A stretch of DNA of 64,000 nucleotides from Candidatus Oxydemutatoraceae bacterium. Its GTDB lineage: Bacteria > Pseudomonadota > Gammaproteobacteria > Poriferisulfidales > Oxydemutatoraceae. Below are positions 29,975-40,034 of this stretch, one piece after another. The stretch is taken from the NCBI GenBank assembly GCA_965218975.1, contig OZ244717.1, positions 608,001-672,000 of the forward strand. The letters run 5' to 3'. The notes under the pieces were generated by a model. It searched no databases. It saw only the letters and a list, made by a program, of their open reading frames with translations, and had not been told where the DNA came from. The translations under genes and the position numbers were made by a program. Every line of letters begins with the position of its first letter. The stretch's first letter is position 1.

Positions 29975-30612
29975 GTTACTAAGTAGTAAATGAGCCGTCC
30001 CTCAAATGCCGCTAATTCGGTGTCGCTGGCGCCGGTGATGCTGTCAGGTTGATTGCGTGTCTCTACATTACCCAATGCGTTAGTCGGTAGACTGTACTTC
30101 AATGTCAGATAGTCATCGGTCTCCAGTACTGTCGTCACACTTCTGTAGTCGGTATTGGCCGGACGCCCGAAAGCAAAATAGGCATCGTCGCCAGTGAATC
30201 GGCGCGCGTATAACTGCACCCAGCGAGTATAAAAAGGTCCCTCTAATTGTGATATCGCGCCTTTCGAGACTCTCCGCACATGTCCTTTGCTGTCAACCTC
30301 CACATGCGTAATCGCCTCCCCGGTCGCTGCCACAACGTTGGCAGGTGTCAGCAGTTGATTCGTGTGCTCCAATGTTCGCTCGCCGGCGCTATTGCTAAAA
30401 AGACGCAACGCGGCATCCAAGCCGAACAATTGATCTGCTTTGATTTTGGCGTCGGCATTTAGCGTAGGTATCCCGCTTGCTTGATTCAGCGCCTCAAGCA
30501 ACTCAATGAATCGGTTGGCTAAGTTGAGGAGTTCCGCTCTCGCCAAAGACGGATTATCGCTGGCGGCGTCTAGGTGCCGCTTGAGTATGTCCGCTGGATT
30601 AGGTATCGGCAT
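29971..30612 (-). CDS. Putative tail fibre/receptor-binding related protein
   Basis: Follows central tail protein; HLDAASDNPSLARAEL N-terminus, VEVDSKGHV fibre-like motif. Confidence 0.55.
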   Translation of the reverse strand: MPIPNPADILKRHLDAASDNPSLARAELLNLANRFIELLEALNQASGIPTLNADAKIKADQLFGLDAALRLFSNSAGERTLEHTNQLLTPANVVAATGEAITHVEVDSKGHVRRVSKGAISQLEGPFYTRWVQLYARRFTGDDAYFAFGRPANTDYRSVTTVLETDDYLTLKYSLPTNALGNVETRNQPDSITGASDTELAAFEGRLIYYLVT

Positions 30613-33600
30613 CTATGCTTCCTCTTCCAATAGGATAATTTGCAACGACGATAGTACGGCGGGCGATATTCCGTTCGTCATAATTCTCACTTGGAATTGG
30701 AATAGCCGTCCGGTAATTCGTTGATCTTCAGGTATCAATGTCCATTGATTGAAACCGCCCGAGTCGGGGTCAATCACACTGTACTCTAACGTGTAGCCGG
30801 ATTCGCCCGTGATACCGGCCGACAGCAATGCTCTCACTGTTTTCTCAGTGAATACATCAATTAAATTTGTTTCGTATGTAGCTTCTTGCACCGGACTCTG
30901 TCCCCATATTGTCCAGTCAGCCCACGTCTGCGGCGCGGTGCTCCACGTTAGAGATGAGGCGGTATGCAGATCACTGCCGCTGCGCACCAAGTTACCTATG
31001 AAGCCCGGCCATCTCTGCAAATGCTCGTTCGCGAAATAGATCGCCTGCCCGGGCGCGTTTACATTGAGATTAACTGTCTTATAAACGGCGTTTAATGATT
31101 CATTACCCGCGCGATTAACAGCTTTGACTCCAGCCGTATATGTGCCCGGAGGCAGGTGAAATGTTTCATGAGGGCTGGCGGTAATGAGCCCTTGATGCAG
31201 CGGCGTCATTGATTCCCACACACCGTCCAAGCCGATGGCCAACCGTATCTGATAGCCTGCAACATCACCATCGTCTACCTCTCGCCATGAAATTGACGTG
31301 AGTCCTCCCGGGTCTTGGGTGATCATCAGCCCGAACACGTCATCGGGCACAATATCGTTATCTCGGAGCGTAATATTCTGACGCCACGCATGACCTGTAT
31401 TTACGCCTCGTGCCCCCGGTATGATAATAACTGGATATCTACCGGTCTCTTGCGCCGGCACGGTCCACGAGGCACGTGTCGAATTCTCGATGTAGGTGAC
31501 TTGCTCATGAGGGTCACCAACGAACACAGCGGCGGAAAAATAATCGCCACTCACGTCGAAAGCCAACGACAATACACGTTCATACACTCCATTACGGTAT
31601 CGCCATAATTGCGTAACCGAGGTGCCGGTGATTATCGGCGCCTCAAACCGCCGCCGCGCCTGTGCCACAACTGCCGGATTATTTTCTGCCTCATAGTATT
31701 CCGGCAGATAGTCAATACCGGTTAAAGTCGCTTGTCGCTCCTGCGTCCATTGCACACCGGTGATTTTGACTTGTCGGTGCCGGCCGCCCAGCCCAAAGTG
31801 AAAGTGTATATCGTCCGTCTGCCAATCATCGCTGATGCCGACATCAGCCGTATCACCATCTGTAGCGGAGACGGCGGGGGTAATCAGGATCACCTTCGCC
31901 GCATCGCTGCCGGGTCTGGCTTTAAACACCTTGACCGCGCCATTCGGATAAAACAGCGTGAGATACGCTTCTGCTCTGCCGCGAAAATCAACTGTCGCAG
32001 GTAGGCCGACCACGTTGTCCTCGCTGTCCCAACTCTTGATTCGACCCGCCGCATCAATGCGCGGAATTGCCATCGCAACGACATCGCCGCGGCTCAGCAA
32101 TAACGCCTCCATGCCCATCTGCCAACTCTGCCCTCGTCGCAGCAATTGGTTTGCCGACCACTGCAAATTCGCCTCCTTTTCCGCTTGCTTGCGCGTAGTC
32201 ACGCCGACCAATTCGACGTTCGCTTGATTCGCGATAGCGCCTGTCGCAGTCGCGACGTTCGGCACGCGGATCGTGGAGTGCTCCCAGTGGTTCTCGGGAT
32301 CAATATAGCGGGCGACGACTTGCTCCGCCAACGCATGCCCGCCGGCCCACTCGAGCGTGTGCGATCCCGCAATAATGTTAGCCGGTGACACAAGCATTGC
32401 TGACGGTTTGTGCGGCGCATCATACGATACGGATAATCTGCCGGCCGGCCAACCCCACGCCGCTCGCCCGCACCGTGCGATGACGTCTAGCACTCCCGCA
32501 TGACTGTGCCCGCGTACGACATAGTCGCAATGGAGTTCGTTGTCCTGGCAAAACTCTGCCCAGTCGTTAAGATTGCCGATCATCTCGTCAGGCAATCCGA
32601 TGCCGCCGGCGAGTACGTTGTCCGGGCGACGGAAACCGCGCGCATACGCACGGAATATGGCTGCCGGATTACGCATTCGGTTGTCCCAGCTTTCCGGCGC
32701 TTTGACCCATGCCTCGTTATCGCTATCATAATAAGGAATCATCTGCCGGCAGAGCGACGACCATGTATTGATCTGGCCGGAGAGTTGCCCCGTAGCACGA
32801 ATCACAACAGCCTCGCGCACTTGCCCGACGTAATCCGCAGTGTCCGGTTGATAGGCTTTGAGCTGCACCCACTCAAATGTATTCGTCTGCCCGAAACTGC
32901 CGGCCGAATCGTGATCTTCGGTCAACTTAGTAACGGCGACATCGTATTCGCCGGCGGCATCAAGCCGGTAGCGGTAAGTTTTGCGCACCGGTTTCGTATT
33001 GTCGTTGCTGATATTGATCGTGTCGAGCCGCTGCCAATTATCCATGCCGACCAGACGCGTATCCACCGTGACCTCAATTGATGCAGTGCGCACTCCCTTC
33101 TTCGTCAGATCAAACAATATGCCGGTCAAATCCACTGCAATCTCGTCCACGTTGTCCGGCGTCGTACGCTCAACCGCATTATCGTGAGTTAGTTCGGCAC
33201 CGGTGATAATAGCCACGTCGCCCGAATAACTCTGCAGCGCACCGGTAACTGCATGCGACTGCTCCGTCTCCACATCGTCGTATTGATCAATGCCGATGGT
33301 GCCGATGCGTGTGTCGCTGATTGCCACATTTCCGACCCCGTAATGAAACACTTGCTGTAAGTATTGCTTGTCGCCCTCAAAGTAAGTGACCGGTGCCGCC
33401 GCATTGTCTGGCTGCACGCGGTGTTCGCCGAGCACGAGCATAAACGGTTCCCACAGGCGCGTCTGGTTGCGCGCCGCGCTCAACGAGTAGATCGGCTCTT
33501 GTTCCTGTTGTCGCCGATTGCTTGGTTGCGGCACGGACGGCGCGAATGCGCCGGCAATGAGCAGCCCGCCGACTGTGGTAATAGCCTGCGCGAATTTTGC

Positions 33601-33969
33601 GCCGATGGTGAAGCCGCCGATCTTCGTGCCTTCGATAGCGCCGGCGACCACCGGCCCGACATAAAAAGCGGCAAACGCGAATGCGACTATCGCGATGATA
33701 CTCCCGATGTTAAGGTCGCCTCGCACGACTGCGTGCACCTCAACGATGTCGCGAGGACCGAGCCGATAGGAAAATGCACGGTCGTTGTCTATCTGCACAC
33801 CGTTTACTCGGATGACCGGTGTGCCGGCGACCGTCGGCACGCGCAGACGCTCAACATAACTAATGAGTGTCTCACCGTCTCGCGGTGGCATAAACAATAC
33901 CTTGCGCTCGCCCGGCTGTAGCGGATGCGGCGAGATAATGAGCGACGGCGGGATTAAGGCTTGTTCCAC
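30613..33969 (-). CDS. Central tail/host-specificity protein (lambda J-like, with gpI-like N-terminus)
   Basis: 1118 aa, VLGEHRV, NPAAIF, FN3-like YTAGVKAVNRAGNES; follows NlpC/P60 gene. Confidence 0.85.
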   Translation of the reverse strand: MEQALIPPSLIISPHPLQPGERKVLFMPPRDGETLISYVERLRVPTVAGTPVIRVNGVQIDNDRAFSYRLGPRDIVEVHAVVRGDLNIGSIIAIVAFAFAAFYVGPVVAGAIEGTKIGGFTIGAKFAQAITTVGGLLIAGAFAPSVPQPSNRRQQEQEPIYSLSAARNQTRLWEPFMLVLGEHRVQPDNAAAPVTYFEGDKQYLQQVFHYGVGNVAISDTRIGTIGIDQYDDVETEQSHAVTGALQSYSGDVAIITGAELTHDNAVERTTPDNVDEIAVDLTGILFDLTKKGVRTASIEVTVDTRLVGMDNWQRLDTINISNDNTKPVRKTYRYRLDAAGEYDVAVTKLTEDHDSAGSFGQTNTFEWVQLKAYQPDTADYVGQVREAVVIRATGQLSGQINTWSSLCRQMIPYYDSDNEAWVKAPESWDNRMRNPAAIFRAYARGFRRPDNVLAGGIGLPDEMIGNLNDWAEFCQDNELHCDYVVRGHSHAGVLDVIARCGRAAWGWPAGRLSVSYDAPHKPSAMLVSPANIIAGSHTLEWAGGHALAEQVVARYIDPENHWEHSTIRVPNVATATGAIANQANVELVGVTTRKQAEKEANLQWSANQLLRRGQSWQMGMEALLLSRGDVVAMAIPRIDAAGRIKSWDSEDNVVGLPATVDFRGRAEAYLTLFYPNGAVKVFKARPGSDAAKVILITPAVSATDGDTADVGISDDWQTDDIHFHFGLGGRHRQVKITGVQWTQERQATLTGIDYLPEYYEAENNPAVVAQARRRFEAPIITGTSVTQLWRYRNGVYERVLSLAFDVSGDYFSAAVFVGDPHEQVTYIENSTRASWTVPAQETGRYPVIIIPGARGVNTGHAWRQNITLRDNDIVPDDVFGLMITQDPGGLTSISWREVDDGDVAGYQIRLAIGLDGVWESMTPLHQGLITASPHETFHLPPGTYTAGVKAVNRAGNESLNAVYKTVNLNVNAPGQAIYFANEHLQRWPGFIGNLVRSGSDLHTASSLTWSTAPQTWADWTIWGQSPVQEATYETNLIDVFTEKTVRALLSAGITGESGYTLEYSVIDPDSGGFNQWTLIPEDQRITGRLFQFQVRIMTNGISPAVLSSLQIILLEEEA

Positions 33970-34328
33970 CGGTAGTACCCCTCAACGGCCAGCATCTGTT
34001 TTGCTAATATCGGTAGCGTGCTCAAGAATACACCGCCTGCCATCTGCGAATTATGTACCACGACGAGGTGCTTGAGCACCTTTGCTGCAACGCCCAAATG
34101 ATAGCCTTTTACTCCCTTCATCAATACTGCATCGCCGTCTTTCGGATCGTCGGTCTTTGCCCACCTTGGTGGCCAATGTCGACGAATGAAGGCAGGTGTC
34201 AATGCTTCATCCTGCGGTAAGACTAGGTCGCGCCCAAATTCTTGCCGCTGCACGTCGGCGAAAAATGCCGCGCAATCGTACTCATCGCTGTAGCGTGCAC
34301 CTAACCAATTCGTAAACCAGTACGACAT
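33954..34328 (-). CDS. NlpC/P60 tail tip protein (lambda K-like)
   Basis: YDCAAF, GDAVLM, HLGV, VVHN. Confidence 0.8.
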   Translation of the reverse strand: MSYWFTNWLGARYSDEYDCAAFFADVQRQEFGRDLVLPQDEALTPAFIRRHWPPRWAKTDDPKDGDAVLMKGVKGYHLGVAAKVLKHLVVVHNSQMAGGVFLSTLPILAKQMLAVEGYYRWNKP

Positions 34329-34786
34329 CAGAAAAATAACCCCGGCGCTGTTGCCGGTTCAAACCGCTGCCGGACCGCCGGCCGGTTTAATGTGTTTGGC
34401 AGCCCCAACCGGAAAACAATCTCGCGCGCGGTCGCCTGAATGCCGACGACCTCAAGCCCGCGAAAGGCAAACTTAACGTCGTCCGGTTCGCTACGTGCGA
34501 CCTCAAGTAAATTGACTGTGGCGCCGTCGGCGCCGTTCGTCTGATCAATCACGTCAACCAGCGCATCAATGCGGTCGAATGCGATGGAGGCAGAGGGTTG
34601 TTGCCCCTCTTGTTCAGACGGTTTGCGGGCAACGAAACGTGCGCGATGATAAGTGTATCCGTTCGACACAAAATCCTCCACGTCATTTGCCAACCGAAAC
34701 GGCTCAACCAAATCAGGATGCACGAACTCAAGCAGCGTCACGGTTGCCGGTAAGTCACCGCGCAGTAGTTGCTCCGCCAATGTCAT
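34328..34786 (-). CDS. Tail tip protein (DUF1833 / lambda L position)
   Basis: LLEFVHPDL..FRLAND, C-terminal FEPATAPGLF. Confidence 0.8.
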   Translation of the reverse strand: MTLAEQLLRGDLPATVTLLEFVHPDLVEPFRLANDVEDFVSNGYTYHRARFVARKPSEQEGQQPSASIAFDRIDALVDVIDQTNGADGATVNLLEVARSEPDDVKFAFRGLEVVGIQATAREIVFRLGLPNTLNRPAVRQRFEPATAPGLFF

Positions 34787-35139
34787 GCGAAAAACTCCAG
34801 CGTTAAATACGCCTGCCACGGCCGCTCTGCTTGCGGGTCGCCAAGCACATAGCGCACTCTGCCTGCGACGATTTGCGCTTGCACGTTCTCTGACGACCCA
34901 TACAGCGGGAAACTAAATTGGTTTGCGCCGGTATTTAGATCATCGCGTACCCACGCCGCGAATAATGTTTTGTCGTCTTGCGTCAACGGCACCACGACAG
35001 TCAACGTATGCCGCGCCGCGCTGTAAATCCGTTTCTGCCGGGTGTACCCGTCGTCGTAAGGCGTGCGCGCAAGCCCCGGATCAACATCCACTTGATGAGG
35101 GGTCACTTGCGGGTTGGCGTAGGCCGGCCAATCTGCCAT
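34783..35139 (-). CDS. Distal tail protein (lambda M position)
   Basis: WP..ARTPYDDGYTRQKR; directly after tape measure gene. Confidence 0.75.
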   Translation of the reverse strand: MADWPAYANPQVTPHQVDVDPGLARTPYDDGYTRQKRIYSAARHTLTVVVPLTQDDKTLFAAWVRDDLNTGANQFSFPLYGSSENVQAQIVAGRVRYVLGDPQAERPWQAYLTLEFFA

Positions 35140-37349
35140 CAGTAATCCCGGCGTTTAATGCCGAACGTGCGCGTGATGCTCTGCGCGACTTCCCCGTTTT
35201 TCTCTAAGTCGTCCACGACGACTTTGACCACAATACCATCCGCTGTGGTTGACGCTGAGGCCTCTTTGACCGTTTGAGGCGCACCTTGATTCACGATTTG
35301 CACATTGACCGGTGCGGCGCCGGATTGATTGTTGCGATGTCTCGGGTCGGTACGAGGCAATACTTCTTCACCGCGTTTCAGAATCGCCGGCACTTCACCT
35401 CCTACCAACCCGCCGAGATGATAACGCGGCGCGGTAGCGAAAACCGAGTATGCATAAGCGCCGGGCAGACGTCGGCGGGGCAGGTTGTCCTGTCCGATGA
35501 CGCCGCCGCCGTGCACGACAAAGGGCCCCGGCACGCCGAGTGATGCGCCTGCCGCGCTCGCCGCGTTGTGGCTGCCGGGTCCACCGGAAAATCCACCTAC
35601 CAATGCCTCGAACAACGGTTTCGTGATGGTTTGCCGGATCGCGATACGCGCAAGGTCGGCGAGGATGCTGCGCACAAACGAGCCGAACTGAAGCTTGCCG
35701 GTCGTGACAAACTCCACCAATGAATCCTCCATACTCCGGAACGCATTACCGAACCCGTCGGCAATCTGCTGCGCACGCGACTGCGCATCCTCATCAAGAC
35801 GCGCCATCGCCAAACGGAATCCGTCGGTAAATTGATTCGACTGCTCAAGTCTTTCACGCGCCGCTTTGCGTTGCCGCTCCGCGTCCTCCTCGTACAGACG
35901 CGCCAACTCTACCGAGAATATATGCTCAACATCATCGCGGTATTTGACATAGCCCTTGGCGGACTTGTTTAAACTAGTGAGTGTCGCGCGACGCCACATC
36001 GCAAGCTTCGCAATGTTGCGATCTAGTGTCGGCAACAAACTTAACTGCCGATCAATGATGCCGGCAATTGCTTTTTTGTGTGCCGCTTCGATCGCCTTGA
36101 GCGCCTCTTCGCTAAATCCCGTTCCTGTGCTTTTTCTTGTTCCGCCACCCGCGTCGCCGAGATGCATCTGCGCCACCGCTTGCAGGCGATCAGGGTCGCG
36201 GTCGTCGGCTAAGGTAGGTTTTTCGCCTTGAGTCAGTGCTAGCCCGGCGGCGAGTCCACCGGCGGCCCCAAAATATTTTGCGTACAGCCTAAATGTTTCG
36301 TTGCCAGCCCGTCCAATAAATTTTCCGAGAGCGCCACCAGCCAAAGCGGTTGCAACGGGAATCAGCACGTCGGCATGTTCAACCATGAATTTGAGCGTAC
36401 TCCCGAGCGTCTGCCCAAACAGCCTCATACCTTCTTGCACTTTAGGATCGGCGAGCACATCGCCCACCTCGTTAAAAGCGCTTGCCATCTCGTCTAAGAA
36501 TCCGGACTCGCCGAATGTGCGAGATAGTTTCGCGAGGCTGTTGTGAAAACGATTGATTTGCGCCGTGGATTCATTGCCCGCTGCGATTGCCTCGCTGGAG
36601 TAGAGTTGATGAAATTCTCGAGCCATTGCCGGCAACAAGTCTTCGGCAAGGATTTTGCCTAAAGCTAATTGTTTACCTAGTTCTTTCGTCGTCAATCCTG
36701 CCGCCCGTGCCGCAACCTGGAATGCCCCAGGGACCCGCTCACCCAATTGACCGCGCAATTCCTCCGCGCTGACTACACCCTTGGAGATAATTTGTTCAAT
36801 GGCCGTCAATGCGCCGGAGGTTTGCTCCGATGTCAGCGACAAGGCGGTCGCAGCCTCGTTGATGCCGATAAAGATTCGGCGGATGGGTTCGCCTTCTAAA
36901 GCGGTCCCTTTTGCTGCGGCAGCGAGTTTCGCGTAGTCGCGTGCGGTTGTTTGCAGCCGCAGGCCTAAGCGTTCTGCCTCGTGTTCAATGAAAGTAAACT
37001 CACGCTGCGCTGCCTCAGTTGACCCGAATACCGCCTTCAGCGTCCGATCAACACGCTGGAACTCAATCGCAGTCTGCGCCAGATATTTGAGTGTCGCGGC
37101 GGAGATTACAGCCGCTGCCGCGCGGCGGAATGCTCGCATGCCGGATGATGCCACAGTTGATTGCTTGCCGACATCGCCTATTCGCCGACCGAAGCGGGTG
37201 AACGCACGCCCTTGCTTGTTCGCCTCGCGCCCGGACTCTTTGACCTCTTTGGATAACTTCGCGATCTCTTTTTCGCTACGCCGGACCGCGCCGACCAACT
37301 CTTTGCCGTCAGCGCGCAAGGTAATGCCGATCTGAATGTCATTTGGCAT
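35139..37349 (-). CDS. Tail tape measure protein
   Basis: QIISKGVVSAEELRGQLGER, SILADLARIAIRQ, Ala-rich helical, 736 aa. Confidence 0.95.
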   Translation of the reverse strand: MPNDIQIGITLRADGKELVGAVRRSEKEIAKLSKEVKESGREANKQGRAFTRFGRRIGDVGKQSTVASSGMRAFRRAAAAVISAATLKYLAQTAIEFQRVDRTLKAVFGSTEAAQREFTFIEHEAERLGLRLQTTARDYAKLAAAAKGTALEGEPIRRIFIGINEAATALSLTSEQTSGALTAIEQIISKGVVSAEELRGQLGERVPGAFQVAARAAGLTTKELGKQLALGKILAEDLLPAMAREFHQLYSSEAIAAGNESTAQINRFHNSLAKLSRTFGESGFLDEMASAFNEVGDVLADPKVQEGMRLFGQTLGSTLKFMVEHADVLIPVATALAGGALGKFIGRAGNETFRLYAKYFGAAGGLAAGLALTQGEKPTLADDRDPDRLQAVAQMHLGDAGGGTRKSTGTGFSEEALKAIEAAHKKAIAGIIDRQLSLLPTLDRNIAKLAMWRRATLTSLNKSAKGYVKYRDDVEHIFSVELARLYEEDAERQRKAARERLEQSNQFTDGFRLAMARLDEDAQSRAQQIADGFGNAFRSMEDSLVEFVTTGKLQFGSFVRSILADLARIAIRQTITKPLFEALVGGFSGGPGSHNAASAAGASLGVPGPFVVHGGGVIGQDNLPRRRLPGAYAYSVFATAPRYHLGGLVGGEVPAILKRGEEVLPRTDPRHRNNQSGAAPVNVQIVNQGAPQTVKEASASTTADGIVVKVVVDDLEKNGEVAQSITRTFGIKRRDY

Positions 37350-37604
37350 TGTTTTGCTCCCGGTGAGTTAACTCAACGATGCGTTGCTCCATTACGCGCA
37401 GTCCTGTGAATACGGATTTAAACGGGATATGAAGCGCCCTTAAAGTGTGCTTAACCGCCCCGTAATCCAACGCATAAATCCCCCCGAACCCGACGCGCCA
37501 TTGTGTGCTGACCAGTAAAAATGCTCGCATTATTTCCACAGCCTCCGGCAATAATTCATAATCACCCTTTGCGCCGCTAAACCAATGTTCCGCGGCGCCG
37601 ACTA
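37339..37604 (-). CDS. Tail assembly chaperone extension (DUF1799-like), reached by -1 frameshift
   Basis: TQWRVGFGG..LDY; frame is open back to the A-AAA-AAC heptamer at 37605-37611. Confidence 0.75.
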
Positions 37605-37967
37605 GTTTTTTGCCAGGCTCGATGCAATCATGGCAGGGTTGTGTATCGCAGTGGTTAGCTCGGCTAGCAACGCGGATACGACGGCGCTATAAACATAAGG
37701 AATATCGATCAGGTCTTTAAATGCCTGCTCGCTGAATGTGATGTCGTCGCCGCCTTCATCGCGCACGTGTTTCCACCCTTTGACGATAGATAGTATTGTA
37801 TCCGCATCATCGTCATCATTATTAGCGCATCGGCGCACAAAAGCATCACGCTCGCGCATGGATAGGTACTTGATCTTGATCTGGAAAGTCTGGCTTTTGC
37901 CCGCCCCCGGCACCTTAACATCCACATCAAGGTCAACAGTTTCCGGTCGCACAACGACGAACCCCAT
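37602..37967 (-). CDS. Tail assembly chaperone (gpG equivalent)
   Basis: VKGWKHVRDEGG..ITFS, ends AKN-stop. Confidence 0.8.
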   Translation of the reverse strand: MGFVVVRPETVDLDVDVKVPGAGKSQTFQIKIKYLSMRERDAFVRRCANNDDDDADTILSIVKGWKHVRDEGGDDITFSEQAFKDLIDIPYVYSAVVSALLAELTTAIHNPAMIASSLAKN

Positions 37968-38743
37968 CAGTCAGGTCTCCCATTGATGTAGAGCGCAGGC
38001 TGACCACCTCGCGCCAGAAACTCTGCGCTGAAAGATATCTGCATCGGTGTCTCGCGCGATTGCAGCGCGCTTTCGCCGCTCGGTGCCAGTTCCGCATACG
38101 GGGCATACAAGTCTTTGTTTGCACCTTCGGCGTTGTCGGCGATCCACCGTAACGCACCGGTCAAGCTGGCATTTGCCGTTGTCTCCACTTGGTCGTATTT
38201 AAGGTGCGGCGCCAGCGTCATGTAGCTGAACTCAACGATAGCATCATCGGCAATGCTCCCATCCGGTTTGATGTAGATTCTCCCCATATCGGCGTCTAAT
38301 ATGTAATCATCGTCGACGGCGTAAACTACCTCCTCATCCGCAAGGCCGACCTTCTTTTCCACGCTCACACCTTTGACTTCCTTAAGATTTTTGCCGACCT
38401 GATACCACCGTCCTTTTTTCACCTTGCGTTCTTCGTGAGCCACCGCTTGGGACGGCTGTGCGACCTCCTTTGATCGCCCGCCGACAAACATTGCGAGATT
38501 CTCCGCTGAGATGTGCTCACACGTAATATTCGCGGTTCGCGTGATGCTCCTGACTACGCTGCTGATTTTCTCCGCCGTCGGTGTGTCCGACGAATACACG
38601 TCTGTCTTCTCGACCGCGACAGACAGGCCGAACCCTGGGGTCTCACCCAAATATATTTCGCCGGTCTTTTCGCCGGCGTCGTCGAACGGGTCGAAGTACA
38701 GCCGCCCGGCGCCGAGAACGATGTTTCTTTTTTCTTCTAACAT
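37967..38743 (-). CDS. Major tail tube protein (siphovirus type)
   Basis: VLGAGRLYF, YLGETPGF; position; no sheath gene in the element. Confidence 0.8.
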   Translation of the reverse strand: MLEEKRNIVLGAGRLYFDPFDDAGEKTGEIYLGETPGFGLSVAVEKTDVYSSDTPTAEKISSVVRSITRTANITCEHISAENLAMFVGGRSKEVAQPSQAVAHEERKVKKGRWYQVGKNLKEVKGVSVEKKVGLADEEVVYAVDDDYILDADMGRIYIKPDGSIADDAIVEFSYMTLAPHLKYDQVETTANASLTGALRWIADNAEGANKDLYAPYAELAPSGESALQSRETPMQISFSAEFLARGGQPALYINGRPD

Positions 38744-38944
38744 TTATTTAGCCTCCTCTGCTGTCTGCTGTTTACTGCCTGCTATCGGCTCGAAAAAACT
38801 TTCGCCGAATCGCTCGATTTGGTCGGTGCGCAACTCGACGGTCTCGCCGGGCGCATAGTCTTTGCCGGCTTTGGTCAGCGGCTTGGCTAATACGCGTTTG
38901 TGCGTTTGCGTCGCACTTGTTTTGATAGGTTTGTTTTGTTTCAT
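38744..38944 (-). CDS. Small hypothetical phage protein
   Basis: SD aggag; LAKPLTKAGKDYAPGETVEL. Confidence 0.6.
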   Translation of the reverse strand: MKQNKPIKTSATQTHKRVLAKPLTKAGKDYAPGETVELRTDQIERFGESFFEPIAGSKQQTAEEAK

Positions 38945-38951
38945 GGCACTC

Positions 38952-39377
38952 CTAAAAAGTTGCATTCGTTGAAAATACCAACGGTAATAAAAAGTAACCG
39001 TCGATTAACACCGGCGCTTCCACGCCGGTCAAAATCAGACGGCTGAATCCGTCGTCGAGACCACAGTGATGCAACGCAGCGATCACTGCCGCGGCCAGCG
39101 GTCCGGCATCGTCGCGTGCCGCGGAACCTCCGCGCACGTCACTGACGTTGCGTACCGCCACAACGGCGACGAAGCGCAGGCGGACGATCGCCGCCGTCGA
39201 ATTGTCCGGCGTGCGTGCAGAGCCGCCGGCAAACAGCACGTAAATTGTATTTCCTTGCGGCTTGTGTTTGTCCGTCAACGTGCGCAAATCGCCCGCACGT
39301 TTAATCGCCACGTGATGGATGTGTGACTCAAGTTGTTGCACTATCATTCGCTCCGGCGCCAAAAGGTCAGTTAACAT
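38952..39377 (-). CDS. Tail terminator/completion protein (Mu gp37 position)
   Basis: Start MLTDLLAPE overlaps the upstream stop; position between adaptor and tail tube. Confidence 0.7.
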   Translation of the reverse strand: MLTDLLAPERMIVQQLESHIHHVAIKRAGDLRTLTDKHKPQGNTIYVLFAGGSARTPDNSTAAIVRLRFVAVVAVRNVSDVRGGSAARDDAGPLAAAVIAALHHCGLDDGFSRLILTGVEAPVLIDGYFLLPLVFSTNATF

Positions 39378-39463
39378 TATTGTACGTTGATTGTCTTGAC
39401 TACCCACACCAAAAAGCCGATAACCAGTGCGGCGGCTAATACGCCTCCCAATATCCATTCCAT
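39377..39463 (-). CDS. 28-aa single-TM peptide, copy 1
   Basis: MEWILGGVLAAALVIGFLVWVVKTINVQ; SD aggaggtg; stop overlaps next ATG. Confidence 0.55.
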   Translation of the reverse strand: MEWILGGVLAAALVIGFLVWVVKTINVQ

Positions 39464-39494
39464 TTTCCATCACCTCCTATAAGGTCAGTTAACA

Positions 39495-39581
39495 TTATTG
39501 TACGTTGATTGTCTTGACTACCCACACCAAAAAGCCGATAACCAGTGCGGCGGCTAATACGCCTCCCAATATCCATTCCAT
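39495..39581 (-). CDS. 28-aa single-TM peptide, copy 2
   Basis: Identical copy within a 118-bp tandem duplication (39363-39480 / 39481-39598). Confidence 0.5.
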   Translation of the reverse strand: MEWILGGVLAAALVIGFLVWVVKTINVQ

Positions 39582-39587
39582 TTTCCA

Positions 39588-40031
39588 TCACCTCCTATAA
39601 TGTCCGTGGTACCCATCAACATAACCGTCCAATATGTCGGTACCGAGCGGCGATTCGTCGACTTTGATTTTCGGGGTGCCGACGCTGCGCACTTGCGTGC
39701 CAGTGTCGAGCACTACCTTGCCTGCGGCAATGTCGCGCAAGCGATTGATCGCCGTGTTGTAGCGCTGCGAGACTGTTTCGGTCGGTTCAAGGTAGAGACG
39801 ATAGCGCGTGACGTTGAGCATAATCTCGGCGATGACCGGCGGTATCGCGTCATCGTCGAACGGCACATCAACACGCCCGCGCAGGTATCCGTCAACCTCC
39901 GATTGTGCCGTTGCAATCTTCTGTTCCGCCAAGTCGGTATCGATCACACCGTTGTTGCCGCGGTCCGTGAGTTCTCGCATCTCTTGTTCGCCGAACTCGC
40001 GGATCAAATCGTCTGCGCTAATGTATGCCAT
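39588..40031 (-). CDS. Head-tail adaptor (Mu gp36, DUF1320)
   Basis: YISADDL..FGEQE..ELTDR, EVDGYL, RYRLY, LRDIAAGK. Confidence 0.9.
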   Translation of the reverse strand: MAYISADDLIREFGEQEMRELTDRGNNGVIDTDLAEQKIATAQSEVDGYLRGRVDVPFDDDAIPPVIAEIMLNVTRYRLYLEPTETVSQRYNTAINRLRDIAAGKVVLDTGTQVRSVGTPKIKVDESPLGTDILDGYVDGYHGHYRR

Positions 40032-40034
40032 GTG

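Noticed and set aside
28651-33969. Diversity-generating retroelement or invertible tail segment
   Set aside because: No reverse transcriptase, template/variable repeat pair or invertase seen.
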